Assembly: GCA_964607415.1 (NCBI GenBank)
Contig: CAZSKK010000001.1
Coordinates: 405,974-469,973, forward strand
Direction of reading: 5' to 3'
DNA from: an uncultured Candidatus Saccharibacteria bacterium
GTDB taxonomy: Bacteria > Patescibacteriota > Dojkabacteria > J137
DNA length: 64,000 nucleotides
Positions 1 through 8,941 of the stretch are shown in pieces (position 1 is the first letter of the stretch; every line of letters starts with the position of its first letter). Below the pieces are notes generated by a model, which saw nothing but the letters and a program-made list of their open reading frames with translations, did no database searches and was not told where the DNA came from. Made by a program: the position numbers and the translations under genes.

Positions 1-353
1 TCAAAGCAATTTTATGTGGTCTAGGTGTTGGAAACCCAAGATTTTGTTGATTAGGTCTATTTCTGATTTGATTCTTTACATGCCTTATCTTATTCATGCT
101 CATATATTAACAACTAAAATTTCCCCCCGCATTGTATTGCAATACAAATTTTGTCTATTTTCTTAAAAAAGTTTGAGCCTCGAGCCGCAAGCTTTGAACA
201 TCAGCTACTAGAGAATTTATTAGTACTTTGATACCCTAATTCATGATTCTTGAATCTTAATTCTGTTAAAAATTTGTCAGTCAAAATCGATTTTTTGGAT
301 TTTACACTTCCCTAATTGCACAGACCATAGTATAATCTAACTGTCAAAACTCA

Positions 354-1451
354 TTGGAAAACTTTATGAGTGCAAAAGAAGACTTAAATGCAATAGCAAA
401 GAAAATTGATAACGAAGTACTCAAAGTTTTTGAAAGAGAGCTTGGAAAATCTTCCTCTATTTCACCTGCAATTAAAGATGTCCTAAACAACGCAAAACCA
501 CTTGTTGCAAATGGTGGGAAAAGAATTCGTGGCGCATTTTTTTACTATAGTTACCTAATGCACGGTGGTAAAAGTTTGAAAGAAGCACTTATTGCTACTT
601 CTTTTATAGAGCTTATTCATGCGTATTTATTGGTACACGATGATATTATGGATGAATCTCAAAAAAGAAGAGGTCACCCTACCCTACATACTACTTACGA
701 AAAAATTTATAGACTTGCAAATCCAAGACACTATACAAATGGAACGCTAAGACACAAGGCAGAGCATTTTGGAGAATCAATGGCAATAAATATCGGAGAT
801 GTTCTTTGCCATATGGGATTACAAGTTCTAACCGATTCCAAGTTTGAGAACGATTTGAAAATTAAAGCCATGTCCAAACTTCACAGAAGTATTACTGATA
901 CTGGGTATGGGCAAATTGTAGATGTTTACGGCGATATTGAAAATGTTGATGAAGAATATGTTTTAAAAGTACATTTATATAAAACGGGTTATTATACTTA
1001 TCAAACTCCTTTACATATAGGCGCAATTTTAGCTGGAGCCACTGAAAAAGATTTAGATGCCTTAACTAAATATGCAATTCCAGCTGGTATTGCTTTTCAA
1101 ATTCAGGATGATATTATTGATCTTTTTAGCGACGAGACTGGGAAAACTCCAGGTCTTGATATTATGGAAGGCAAAAGAACTTTACTTATTGTAAAAGCGT
1201 ATGAAAATGCTACAAGAAAAGATAAGATTATTTTAGATAATGCATTAGGAAATAAAAACTTAACCTCTGATACTTTTGAAGCAGTTAAGAAAATCCTTAT
1301 TGATACAGGATCTCTTGAATATTCAATAACCAAAGCAGCTAAGTTACTAAAAAAATCTACTAAAGATTTTACAAAAGCTAAGAGATTCGAAAACGCAGGA
1401 AGTGATTTTTTAATTGGTATAAATGATTATATGTTAAATCGAAAGTTCTAA
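354..1451 (+). CDS. trans-polyprenyl diphosphate synthase (geranylgeranyl/farnesyl diphosphate synthase family)
   Basis: 365-aa ORF with both aspartate-rich motifs of trans-isoprenyl diphosphate synthases (LLVHDDIMDESQKRRG and FQIQDDIIDLF); stop overlaps start of next ORF by 1 nt. Confidence 0.8.
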   Translation: MENFMSAKEDLNAIAKKIDNEVLKVFERELGKSSSISPAIKDVLNNAKPLVANGGKRIRGAFFYYSYLMHGGKSLKEALIATSFIELIHAYLLVHDDIMDESQKRRGHPTLHTTYEKIYRLANPRHYTNGTLRHKAEHFGESMAINIGDVLCHMGLQVLTDSKFENDLKIKAMSKLHRSITDTGYGQIVDVYGDIENVDEEYVLKVHLYKTGYYTYQTPLHIGAILAGATEKDLDALTKYAIPAGIAFQIQDDIIDLFSDETGKTPGLDIMEGKRTLLIVKAYENATRKDKIILDNALGNKNLTSDTFEAVKKILIDTGSLEYSITKAAKLLKKSTKDFTKAKRFENAGSDFLIGINDYMLNRKF

Positions 1452-1906
1452 TGGAAAACGAAAATCGTATAAAAAGTATTCGCGAGCTTGGAGTTGGAAC
1501 ACTTGTTGAGCACGATGGCAAATTCTTAACCATTCAAGAAGCTTACTCAAATAAAAGCATTGGAAAGTTTGAAGATATGTATGCATTCCCAATGGGCCAT
1601 ATATATTCTGGTGAAGACATGAAACTTGCCGCCGAAAGAGAAGTATTTGAAGAGACTGGTTATAAAATTGAGATTACATCAATATTAGGTTTTTACGACA
1701 TTTGGAAAGCATTTGGAATTGTCTTTATAGGTAAACTTATTGATGAGAAGCAGTATGGATTTGATAACAAAGAAATAAAGAAAGTTGCATGGTTAACAAA
1801 AGATGAAGTTTTATCTAAAAGGCTAAGGCCAGCAGTTAAGGAAAGTATTGAGGATTTTGATAGCGGCAAAAGATATCCTTTAGATTTAATTAAACTAGTA
1901 CGCTAA
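1451..1906 (+). CDS. NUDIX hydrolase
   Basis: canonical Nudix box GHIYSGEDMKLAAEREVFEETGY (GX5EX7REUXEEXGU). Confidence 0.75.
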   Translation: MENENRIKSIRELGVGTLVEHDGKFLTIQEAYSNKSIGKFEDMYAFPMGHIYSGEDMKLAAEREVFEETGYKIEITSILGFYDIWKAFGIVFIGKLIDEKQYGFDNKEIKKVAWLTKDEVLSKRLRPAVKESIEDFDSGKRYPLDLIKLVR

Positions 1907-1931
1907 CCCCAACACCTTAGTGAATCAATAA

Positions 1932-2010
1932 TGTCACCCTGAGGGAAATCGAAGGGTGACATTATGTTTATGGTGCTTTGTGCCATCCCTCGATTTCCCT
2001 CGGGATGACA
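1932..2010. repeat. MITE/REP-like inverted-repeat element, copy A (arms GTCACCCTGAGGGAAATCGAAGGG / CCCTCGATTTCCCTCGGGATGAC)
   Basis: near-perfect inverted arms about 23 nt; same arm sequence recurs at 59004-59066 and partially at 27726-27746. Confidence 0.55.
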
Positions 2011-2052
2011 CTGGTTTTCATGATTCTTAATTCATGAATCTTGAATCTATTT

Positions 2053-3876
2053 TTATTCTTTCCTTATTGCTTCCACAGGTTTTAACCCTGCAGCTTTTCT
2101 TGCTGGAATATACGAAATAACTAGTGTGACTCCCACTAAAATCAGTGCAAATATTCCTATTGAAACAAGATCTAGCCTTAAAAAAGTATTTGCATCAGCT
2201 TTGGATGTGATATTAAAGCTATCTTTTATAGCACCACCTATTTCTGAATCAAACCAGCTTTTAACTAAGCTTGAAGTTAGGAATGTTGATCCAACGCCAA
2301 GTACTAATCCAACTATAAGTGCAATTAAGCTATAGATTAGTGCTTGTCCCATAAACATATTTCTAATATCTGATTTTTTTGCACCCATTGCTCTTAAAAT
2401 GCCAATTTCTTTTTTGCTTTCAGATACAAATTTACTCATCGTAATTACAATTAGAATTGTATTAAAGGCTATAAAGAATACAACCAAACCTTTGGAAATA
2501 TTTTCAATATTTGATTGCAACCCACTAAATACATCAGATTTGTATAAATCTTGATATGCATATCCTTTGTCGTTTAAAGCTTTTACAACATTAGTTCGAT
2601 TATAAAAATTATTAACTTTAATAATTATTTTTGAACCTGATTTGGCAGATAACTCATAGGCATCTGAAAGCTTATATTCTCCTTCCACCGTAGCACTTCC
2701 ACCCAACATAAATTGATTTGTATCTCCACTTCTTTCAGTTTTAAGAACTAAACCCGGAATGCTGTACTGCTCATCATCCGACGAACCATCATCAATAGCA
2801 GCACCTGGGCCTCCACCAATTCTTATAGCTTTGCCAAAGTTTGGAAATGCATTATTTTGAATTTCTACTCCATCAAAATTTGTTCCTAAAAATTTACTAC
2901 CCAAATCATCGGTTGAAATTGCAGTTGAGTTTCTCGCATCCAATTGATTTTGGTAATAATCTTTCATTAACTTTTTTGCAAAAGTTTCAGGGATGTAATT
3001 TTCAAATGAACTTTCGTCCTCAATTATTCCAACAATTTTAAATTTGTATTTTAGGGGAGTGCTTAGCTTGCCATAATCCCAGTATGCTGAAATTGCAGAT
3101 TTTCTGGCTTCAATTTTTGCATTTAATTCGTCGGCTGTTAATTTTTTAAACACCGTTCCAGTTGATGTAAATTCGTTAGTAAAATCTTGAATTTCATCTA
3201 GCCCGCCAAAAGATATTTCAAACTCCTTGCCAATTAAACTTGATTTATCGTACTCAATTGCGGAAGTTTTAACTGGGTTATTATTCATATCAATTTTAAC
3301 GGGTCCAGAACCGCGTGCTGGGAAATCGATTTTAATTTCGTCTTTACCTTGCCAGTCTTCGTAAGTTTCGTTAAAAGAATTTGCATTCAAAATAATTGGA
3401 ATTACATTGCCTTCAGTGTACGAAAAATCTTCACTGGTAAATAACGATGCAAGATTGCTATCTAAAGTGTAAAGGGAATTAAAACTTACCGATTTGCCAT
3501 CAAATAATGAATCAGTTGTGGCATTTGAAATAGGAACTGAGCTATTTATGGATGCCGCTTCAACATTTTCAGTATTTTTTATTACCTCCAAATCTGTTTC
3601 GGTAAAGTTGCTGTCATCGCTATTAAATGAAAAAATAGCTCTTTCGCCGTTCATGCTAGTCTTTCCAAAATCTTTAGTAAGTTCAATAAGCTTTGATTGT
3701 TCAGCAATAGTTCCAAACACAACTTTGTCTAAAGCTGTTTTAACATTTGATGTGTGACTTGCAACTACAGTTGTAACTGTAATCATTAATGATAAAGGAA
3801 GAATCAGAAACAAAGCTTTCTTTTTATATTTTTTGAGCTTTTTGGTATTGTAATTTGTTACTTGAAAAAGTTTCAT
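2053..3876 (-). CDS. ABC transporter permease, FtsX/MacB-like with large extracytoplasmic domain
   Basis: N-terminal TM, about 400-aa extracellular region, C-terminal FtsX-type 3-TM bundle (ILRAMGAKKSDIRNMFMGQALIYSLIALIVGLVLG); immediately downstream of ABC ATPase. Confidence 0.75.
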   Translation of the reverse strand: MKLFQVTNYNTKKLKKYKKKALFLILPLSLMITVTTVVASHTSNVKTALDKVVFGTIAEQSKLIELTKDFGKTSMNGERAIFSFNSDDSNFTETDLEVIKNTENVEAASINSSVPISNATTDSLFDGKSVSFNSLYTLDSNLASLFTSEDFSYTEGNVIPIILNANSFNETYEDWQGKDEIKIDFPARGSGPVKIDMNNNPVKTSAIEYDKSSLIGKEFEISFGGLDEIQDFTNEFTSTGTVFKKLTADELNAKIEARKSAISAYWDYGKLSTPLKYKFKIVGIIEDESSFENYIPETFAKKLMKDYYQNQLDARNSTAISTDDLGSKFLGTNFDGVEIQNNAFPNFGKAIRIGGGPGAAIDDGSSDDEQYSIPGLVLKTERSGDTNQFMLGGSATVEGEYKLSDAYELSAKSGSKIIIKVNNFYNRTNVVKALNDKGYAYQDLYKSDVFSGLQSNIENISKGLVVFFIAFNTILIVITMSKFVSESKKEIGILRAMGAKKSDIRNMFMGQALIYSLIALIVGLVLGVGSTFLTSSLVKSWFDSEIGGAIKDSFNITSKADANTFLRLDLVSIGIFALILVGVTLVISYIPARKAAGLKPVEAIRKE

Positions 3877-3995
3877 TTAGAAAAATGTAAAATGTTAAAT
3901 TTTAAATTAGCTTTTAGCAATTAGCATTTGGTTTTTATAAAAGCTAACAGCTAAATGCCTGTTCATTGCCAAATTAATTAGGTTGATTAGGGCAC

Positions 3996-4667
3996 TTATT
4001 TCACTTCCTTGCCTTTATTAAGTTTCAGTACATTTTTAAATCGATCGCTTACAGATTTATCGTGCGTAATTACTACCACGCTTACTCCTGATGTCATAAT
4101 TTCTTCCAGGATTTTCAAAACTCTTTCAGCGTTTTCTTTATCTAAATTCCCTGTTGGCTCATCCGCTAGGATTAATTTCGGATCACTTGCCAAAGATCTT
4201 GCAACTGCCACTCTTTGCATTTCACCTCCTGAAAGTTGATTTGGAAAATGATAAGCTCGCTCAACTAAACCTACTTTTTCTAGAAGCTTCATTGCTTTTT
4301 GCCTTGCAAGTTTTTTACTTGAGCCAGATAAAATCAATGGTACAGCAACATTATCTAATGCGTTCAGGTAATCAATAAGATAAAAGAACTGGAACACAAA
4401 CCCGATTGTTTTATTTCTATAAGTGGTTTGCTCCTTTTCCTTTAATTTATCGATTTTTTTACCTGCAACAATTACATCCCCAGAGGTTGGGTTTTCAAGT
4501 CCACCTAAAATATGAAGTAATGTTGTTTTTCCAGAACCAGAGCTTCCAATAATTGCCAGGCTTTCTTTTTCTGGAAGATTAAAACTGATGGAATCCAAAG
4601 CTTTTACTTTGGAGCTCCCATCTTTATAGACCTTTGTGAGGTTTTTGACCTCAATAATATTAGACAT
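3996..4667 (-). CDS. ABC transporter ATP-binding protein (MacB/LolD-type)
   Basis: Walker A GSSGSGKTT, ABC signature LSGGEMQRVAVARSL, Walker B ILADEPTGNLD. Confidence 0.88.
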   Translation of the reverse strand: MSNIIEVKNLTKVYKDGSSKVKALDSISFNLPEKESLAIIGSSGSGKTTLLHILGGLENPTSGDVIVAGKKIDKLKEKEQTTYRNKTIGFVFQFFYLIDYLNALDNVAVPLILSGSSKKLARQKAMKLLEKVGLVERAYHFPNQLSGGEMQRVAVARSLASDPKLILADEPTGNLDKENAERVLKILEEIMTSGVSVVVITHDKSVSDRFKNVLKLNKGKEVK

Positions 4668-4866
4668 AAATAAAATGTAAAAATTAAAAATGAAAAGTTA
4701 AAACCTGTCTCTTCGATTAAGAAGATAATCCTTGAATATGAAAGCGGTTTGAAGACAGCGAGAAGATGTTGATTTGTTAATTAGTTTAGAGTTAATTAGT
4801 GATGTAACAAATTAACCTACCTACAAATTAACTAATCAACTTTGTATTATTGGCAATATGGTATGT

Positions 4867-4894
4867 GCTATTCGCTATCAGCTATAAGCTGTAT
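4867..4894. repeat. tandem heptamer array GCTATNN x4 (gctattc gctatca gctataa gctgtat)
   Basis: read directly; member of dispersed heptamer-array family. Confidence 0.6.
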
Positions 4895-5069
4895 TAGTCA
4901 CTGCGAGCGTAGCGACGCAGTCTTAGCGAAGTAGTTTTATTTACATAGTTTGCTTTTTGAAGAATAAAAAATTTGAAAATTATTGCTTGAAAATTGTAAA
5001 TTGCTTTGTCATTGTACCTTGCGCCTTATATTTTTTGGAACAACTAGACTAATTAGGGTTTAGTGTTTC

Positions 5070-5513
5070 CTAAGATTTACGATTTATTAGGTTTTCAATA
5101 ACCCACTCCTTAGCAAATTTGGGAAGTACGTTAATTTTTGTAAATTCCTCAAAATCTATCCAAACTGGTTCATAAAAGTTTTCTTTAGAATTGCGAATAC
5201 TTTCTTCACCAATTAAAGTTGGAACTCCATCTTCATAATCACATAGGAAATAATAATCGAAGTTTTGATTTTTTAAATCATGAAATTCAAAAGCAGGTGT
5301 AATGTTTGAAACCGTAATAGACGTTTCTTCAAAGATTTCTCTATAGGTAGTTTCTTCGGCAAGTTCTCCCCGTCTTCCATGCCCTCCTGGAAAAACCCAA
5401 TATTCTATGCCTTCATAAATTCTATGAATCATTAAAATCTTTTTATTTTTAACAACAATTCCAGCATATCTGGAACCTTCGATTCGTGTATCTTTGTCTT
5501 CAATGTATTTCAT
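5070..5513 (-). CDS. NUDIX hydrolase
   Basis: Nudix box GGHGRRGELAEETTYREIFEETS. Confidence 0.7.
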   Translation of the reverse strand: MKYIEDKDTRIEGSRYAGIVVKNKKILMIHRIYEGIEYWVFPGGHGRRGELAEETTYREIFEETSITVSNITPAFEFHDLKNQNFDYYFLCDYEDGVPTLIGEESIRNSKENFYEPVWIDFEEFTKINVLPKFAKEWVIENLINRKS

Positions 5514-5707
5514 AAATTTGGAATTAAGAATTAAGATTCAGGATTCAAGAATGATTGCAATAGAACCCAATTGAAAATTATTGCTTGGAAATTGGATATT
5601 AATTCGTGATTCTTTATTTTTTATTCGTTATTCCAAAAGATAATTTTCGTAAGTCTACCAAAATTATCTTTTGGCCGCATTGTATCCGGATACAAATTTT
5701 GAGAGTT

Positions 5708-6058
5708 TTATAATGTTTTCTTATCTATTTCCTTAAGCACATTTTCTAAAAGTTCTTGGACTTGGAAGTTTGTAAACCTTAAAAGTTTAATGCCATTAGC
5801 TACCAATATCTCGTTTCTAAATTCATCATATTTTAAAAAATCTTTCTCGGAGTGATGCGAGCCGTCTACTTCAATTCCAAGTTTTAATTCTGGACAGAAG
5901 AAATCTAAAATATATGTTTCGACAATATATTGCCTAAGAAATCTTCGATTATTAATTTGTTTTCTACGTAAATGCCTCCATAGGATTTTTTCCTAGGGAG
6001 TCATATTATTTCTAAGATATCTACTTTTTTGTTTTAAGTTTTGGTGTAAGCTCATATA
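5708..6058 (-). pseudogene. DUF559 (Vsr-like very-short-patch-repair endonuclease fold) gene disrupted by frameshifts and in-frame stops
   Basis: manual translation of minus strand gives MSLHQNLKQKSRYLRNNMTP*, then in other frames ...EDFLGNILSKHIF* and FFCPELKLGIEVDGSHHSEKDFLKYDEFRNEILVANGIKLLRFTNFQVQELLENVLKEIDKKTL*, which is the conserved DUF559 core (YIVDFYCPELKLAIELDG...LRF.N..V) split over three frames. Confidence 0.55.
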
Positions 6059-6061
6059 GTT

Positions 6062-6143
6062 TAATAACCCCTCTCCCTCCGGGTTTCTCCCCTTTCTTAG
6101 AAAGGGGAGATGTCGAGCGATAGCGAGACAGAAGGGTTATTAA
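6062..6143. repeat. GC-rich nested-hairpin element (TAATAACCC...CTCCCCTTTCTTAGAAAGGGGAG...GGGTTATTA)
   Basis: outer stem taataaccc/gggttatta enclosing inner palindrome ctcccctttcttagaaaggggag; related element at 12945-13013. Confidence 0.5.
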
Positions 6144-6301
6144 TAATACCAGTGTAGATTTGAAAACTCATTGTATTGCTCTACAAATTTCTAGGAATAT
6201 TGTTTAGATCTAACCTATTGAAATATTCGGTCATTTACCATATAATTTCGAGTACTTGAAAGATTTCGGATTTCGTTATTCAAATTTCGGATTTTTACTT
6301 T

Positions 6302-6375
6302 GCGGGTATAGTATATCGGTATTATGCCGGTTTTCCAAACCGATGAGGCGGGTTCGATTCCCGCTACCCGCTCCA
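6302..6375 (+). tRNA. tRNA-Gly (anticodon TCC), CCA encoded
   Basis: acceptor stem GCGGGTA/TACCCGC, T-arm GCGGG-TTCGATT-CCCGC, anticodon loop TTTCCAA (U33, TCC, A37), discriminator U, CCA at 6373-6375; the predicted ORF 6215-6403 on minus is spurious overlap. Confidence 0.72.
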
Positions 6376-6438
6376 CTCTCAATTCAAACCTTCTCCTAAG
6401 CACTCGTACTTTCTGCTCGAAGCAAGCTATAATAAATT

Positions 6439-6924
6439 ATGATAATTGAGCTAAATGAAATTCCTAAACTAAAACCAAACTGGCAAGGAAAAAAAGTTGG
6501 ACTTATTACAGGCTGTTTTGATATTTTACACTTGGGCCATATCAGCATCTTTGAATTCGCAAAGAGCAAAGTTGATATTCTTTTAGTAGGAGTTGACTCT
6601 GATAAATCTATTAAACTTAATAAAGGTGAGAATCGTCCTTACTTTAGTCAAAATGTCAGAAAAAAGGTTGTTGACTCAATAGCGTTTATTGACTATACAT
6701 TTCTAGTGGATCATGGGTTAAAATATTCCGACCCCAATATTGGTCAGTTTTTCGATGAACTTTATAAACAAACTGGAATTACAAACCTGATAACAAATAA
6801 ACAAGGTGACGCTAGCTATAAAGATAAAGTCGTTAGAGCCAATAAGCTAGGAATTGAAATTATTTTACAAGATGAAGAAAAATTCAGTAGTAGTACAGAC
6901 ATCATAGAGAAATTGGGGTTATAA
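6439..6924 (+). CDS. cytidylyltransferase-like nucleotidyltransferase (RfaE domain II / TagD-like)
   Basis: HxGH nucleotidyltransferase motif GCFDILHLGH near N-terminus, size 161 aa. Confidence 0.6.
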   Translation: MIIELNEIPKLKPNWQGKKVGLITGCFDILHLGHISIFEFAKSKVDILLVGVDSDKSIKLNKGENRPYFSQNVRKKVVDSIAFIDYTFLVDHGLKYSDPNIGQFFDELYKQTGITNLITNKQGDASYKDKVVRANKLGIEIILQDEEKFSSSTDIIEKLGL

Positions 6925-6948
6925 AATTTAAATCATTAACTAAGCACA

Positions 6949-7596
6949 ATGCAAATTATCATAATCCCTGGTTTTACAGGTTATCCTGAAGAAATAACTT
7001 TTACCGAACTTACCAAAACACTCACACAGTTAGGACATAGCGTAATAAAAATAGCCTGGCCAAATATTCCAGACAACTTAAATAAATATAACTTTACTGA
7101 AACACTCAACTACTCAAGAAAGATTATAGATAATATTGCTAACAAAGATATAACGATCTTGGGATTTTCAATGGGAGGAATAATTGCAACGCAATTAGCC
7201 ACAGAATTTAATATAAAAAAATTAGGACTAATTGTAAGTCCATATCAAGCTGGAAGTGAAGATGATCTTTCAGGCAAATATAAACAATGGAAAGAAACAG
7301 GTTACCGAGAAGTCAGGTCTTCTAAATTTGGTGATCTAGAAATTCCTTTTTCATTTATTGAGGATGCGAGAAAATACAATGCATTGAACTTGATAAAAAA
7401 TGTTACAGCAGAAATACTCTTTGTCGCTGGAAACAAAGATAATAAAGTTCCGTGGACAGTTAGCAAAAAGCTCTTTAGTGCCGCAAATGAACCAAAAACC
7501 TGGCACCTAATTCCTGGAATGGAGCATAAGTATCAATATCAACCAGAAATACTTAAAAAGGTTGATAACATCATTATAGAATTCATTAAATCTTAA
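6949..7596 (+). CDS. alpha/beta hydrolase fold protein
   Basis: nucleophile elbow GFSMGG, conserved HKYQ near C-terminus. Confidence 0.55.
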   Translation: MQIIIIPGFTGYPEEITFTELTKTLTQLGHSVIKIAWPNIPDNLNKYNFTETLNYSRKIIDNIANKDITILGFSMGGIIATQLATEFNIKKLGLIVSPYQAGSEDDLSGKYKQWKETGYREVRSSKFGDLEIPFSFIEDARKYNALNLIKNVTAEILFVAGNKDNKVPWTVSKKLFSAANEPKTWHLIPGMEHKYQYQPEILKKVDNIIIEFIKS

Positions 7597-7618
7597 CTTC
7601 ATAGCTTAAAGAATAAAT

Positions 7619-8182
7619 ATGAATGCCTTAATAATTGATAACGGTACTACCTACCTTAAAGATCTAACTTCTTTACTAAAAAGCACAAGTGTTACTTTTG
7701 AAATAAAAAAATATTCAGAAATAGATGAAAGTTACAACTATTTTGATTTTATTGTTTTAAGTGGTGGGCATGATGTTTTTATTGTTGAAGAAAATATTCC
7801 TTTACTAAGAAGAGAGATAGACTTAATTTTAAATTCAACAAAGCCAATTTTGGGAATATGTTATGGATTTGAACTTTTATGCTTCACTTACGGATGCAAA
7901 ATTCATGAAAAAGATAAATCAAAGGGAGTCACAAATTTAAAAATTTTAATAAATGATCCATTATTGGACAATTTAAACAATATTCAAGTATTCGAAAATC
8001 ATAAATTCTATGTCAATGAACTTAGCTCTGAACTGGAGGGAATAGCTATTTCTGAAAAAGGATTTGAAATTATTAAGCATAAAAACAAAAAACAATATGG
8101 TTTCCAGTTTCATCCGGAATTGTTAGTTAATAAGCTCGATGGTGACGAGTTGCTCATAAATTTTATAAAGTTAATTAAATGA
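7619..8182 (+). CDS. class I glutamine amidotransferase-like protein
   Basis: catalytic Cys in ILGICYGFELL and His/Glu in FQFHPE. Confidence 0.6.
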   Translation: MNALIIDNGTTYLKDLTSLLKSTSVTFEIKKYSEIDESYNYFDFIVLSGGHDVFIVEENIPLLRREIDLILNSTKPILGICYGFELLCFTYGCKIHEKDKSKGVTNLKILINDPLLDNLNNIQVFENHKFYVNELSSELEGIAISEKGFEIIKHKNKKQYGFQFHPELLVNKLDGDELLINFIKLIK

Positions 8183-8757
8183 GAATTTTACTTACAGGAT
8201 TTTCAGCTTTTCAAAAAATCACACAAAATCCATCCCAAATTTTAGTAACAGAGCTTGCAAAAAATTTAAAGCTTCCTAATACTCAAATTGATTTCAAAAT
8301 ATTTAAATCAAGTTATAAATATATAGACGAGAATATTGGAAAAATTCTAGATGAAAGTTATAACTTAGTTTTGATGACTGGATTAAAGCCTAAAGCTACC
8401 AAAATTTATATAGAACAATTTGCAAAAAATCTGGATAACTCAAAAGCCAAAGATGTAGACAATGTTGTAAAAATAAATTCTGCCATTGAGGAGCATAATT
8501 ATGTAACATTAGAGTCCAATTTAAATATAAATAAAATATCATCATATTTAAAAAATAACATACTAATCCAGCTAAATTCAAAACCAAGTGCATATTTATG
8601 TAATCATTTATATTATAAGGCACTTAGTTACGCAATAAGATCTAATTTAGAAACAAAAATGTTATTTATTCACATTCCAAAATTCTCTAAAATTAGCCTT
8701 AAGAAACAGCTGCAACTGTCAGAAAAAATTTTAGAAGGTGCACTAAATCAATGGTAA
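8179..8757 (+). CDS. pcp: pyroglutamyl-peptidase I (pyrrolidone-carboxylate peptidase)
   Basis: N-terminal ILLTGFSAF (cf. LLTGFDPFGG), catalytic Cys motif SAYLCNHLYY (cf. AGTFVCNHLFY), His motif FIHIP; 4-nt start/stop overlap with upstream ORF. Confidence 0.65.
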   Translation: MRILLTGFSAFQKITQNPSQILVTELAKNLKLPNTQIDFKIFKSSYKYIDENIGKILDESYNLVLMTGLKPKATKIYIEQFAKNLDNSKAKDVDNVVKINSAIEEHNYVTLESNLNINKISSYLKNNILIQLNSKPSAYLCNHLYYKALSYAIRSNLETKMLFIHIPKFSKISLKKQLQLSEKILEGALNQW

Positions 8758-8842
8758 TAACTAACCCCAAAATCAGTAGCTTTGGTAAAATTATTCTGCT
8801 AAAATCATTCCGGAATTCAATTTGAATTTGTATTTTAATTTA

Positions 8843-8918
8843 CCTCATCCAATCCTGAGACGAGTGCGATTTAGCTGCACTCGAGAGCATAATATGCTCT
8901 CTCGTCCTAAAGGAGAAG
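8843..8918. repeat. structured palindrome element upstream of efp (GGATGAGGTAAATTAAAATA-like arm on minus, TCCTGAGAC, CGAGTGC..GCACTCG hairpin, GAGAGCATAATATGCTCTC palindrome)
   Basis: shares sub-motifs (GATGAGGTAAAT, TCCTGAGAC, GCATAATATGC) with regions 30848-31012 and 34734-34855. Confidence 0.45.
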
Positions 8919-8941
8919 CATGATGAATAACCTTATTATAT

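Noticed and set aside
6215-6403. 62-aa ORF on minus strand
   Set aside because: Completely overlaps the tRNA-Gly gene (6302-6375) in antisense; artefact of ORF calling
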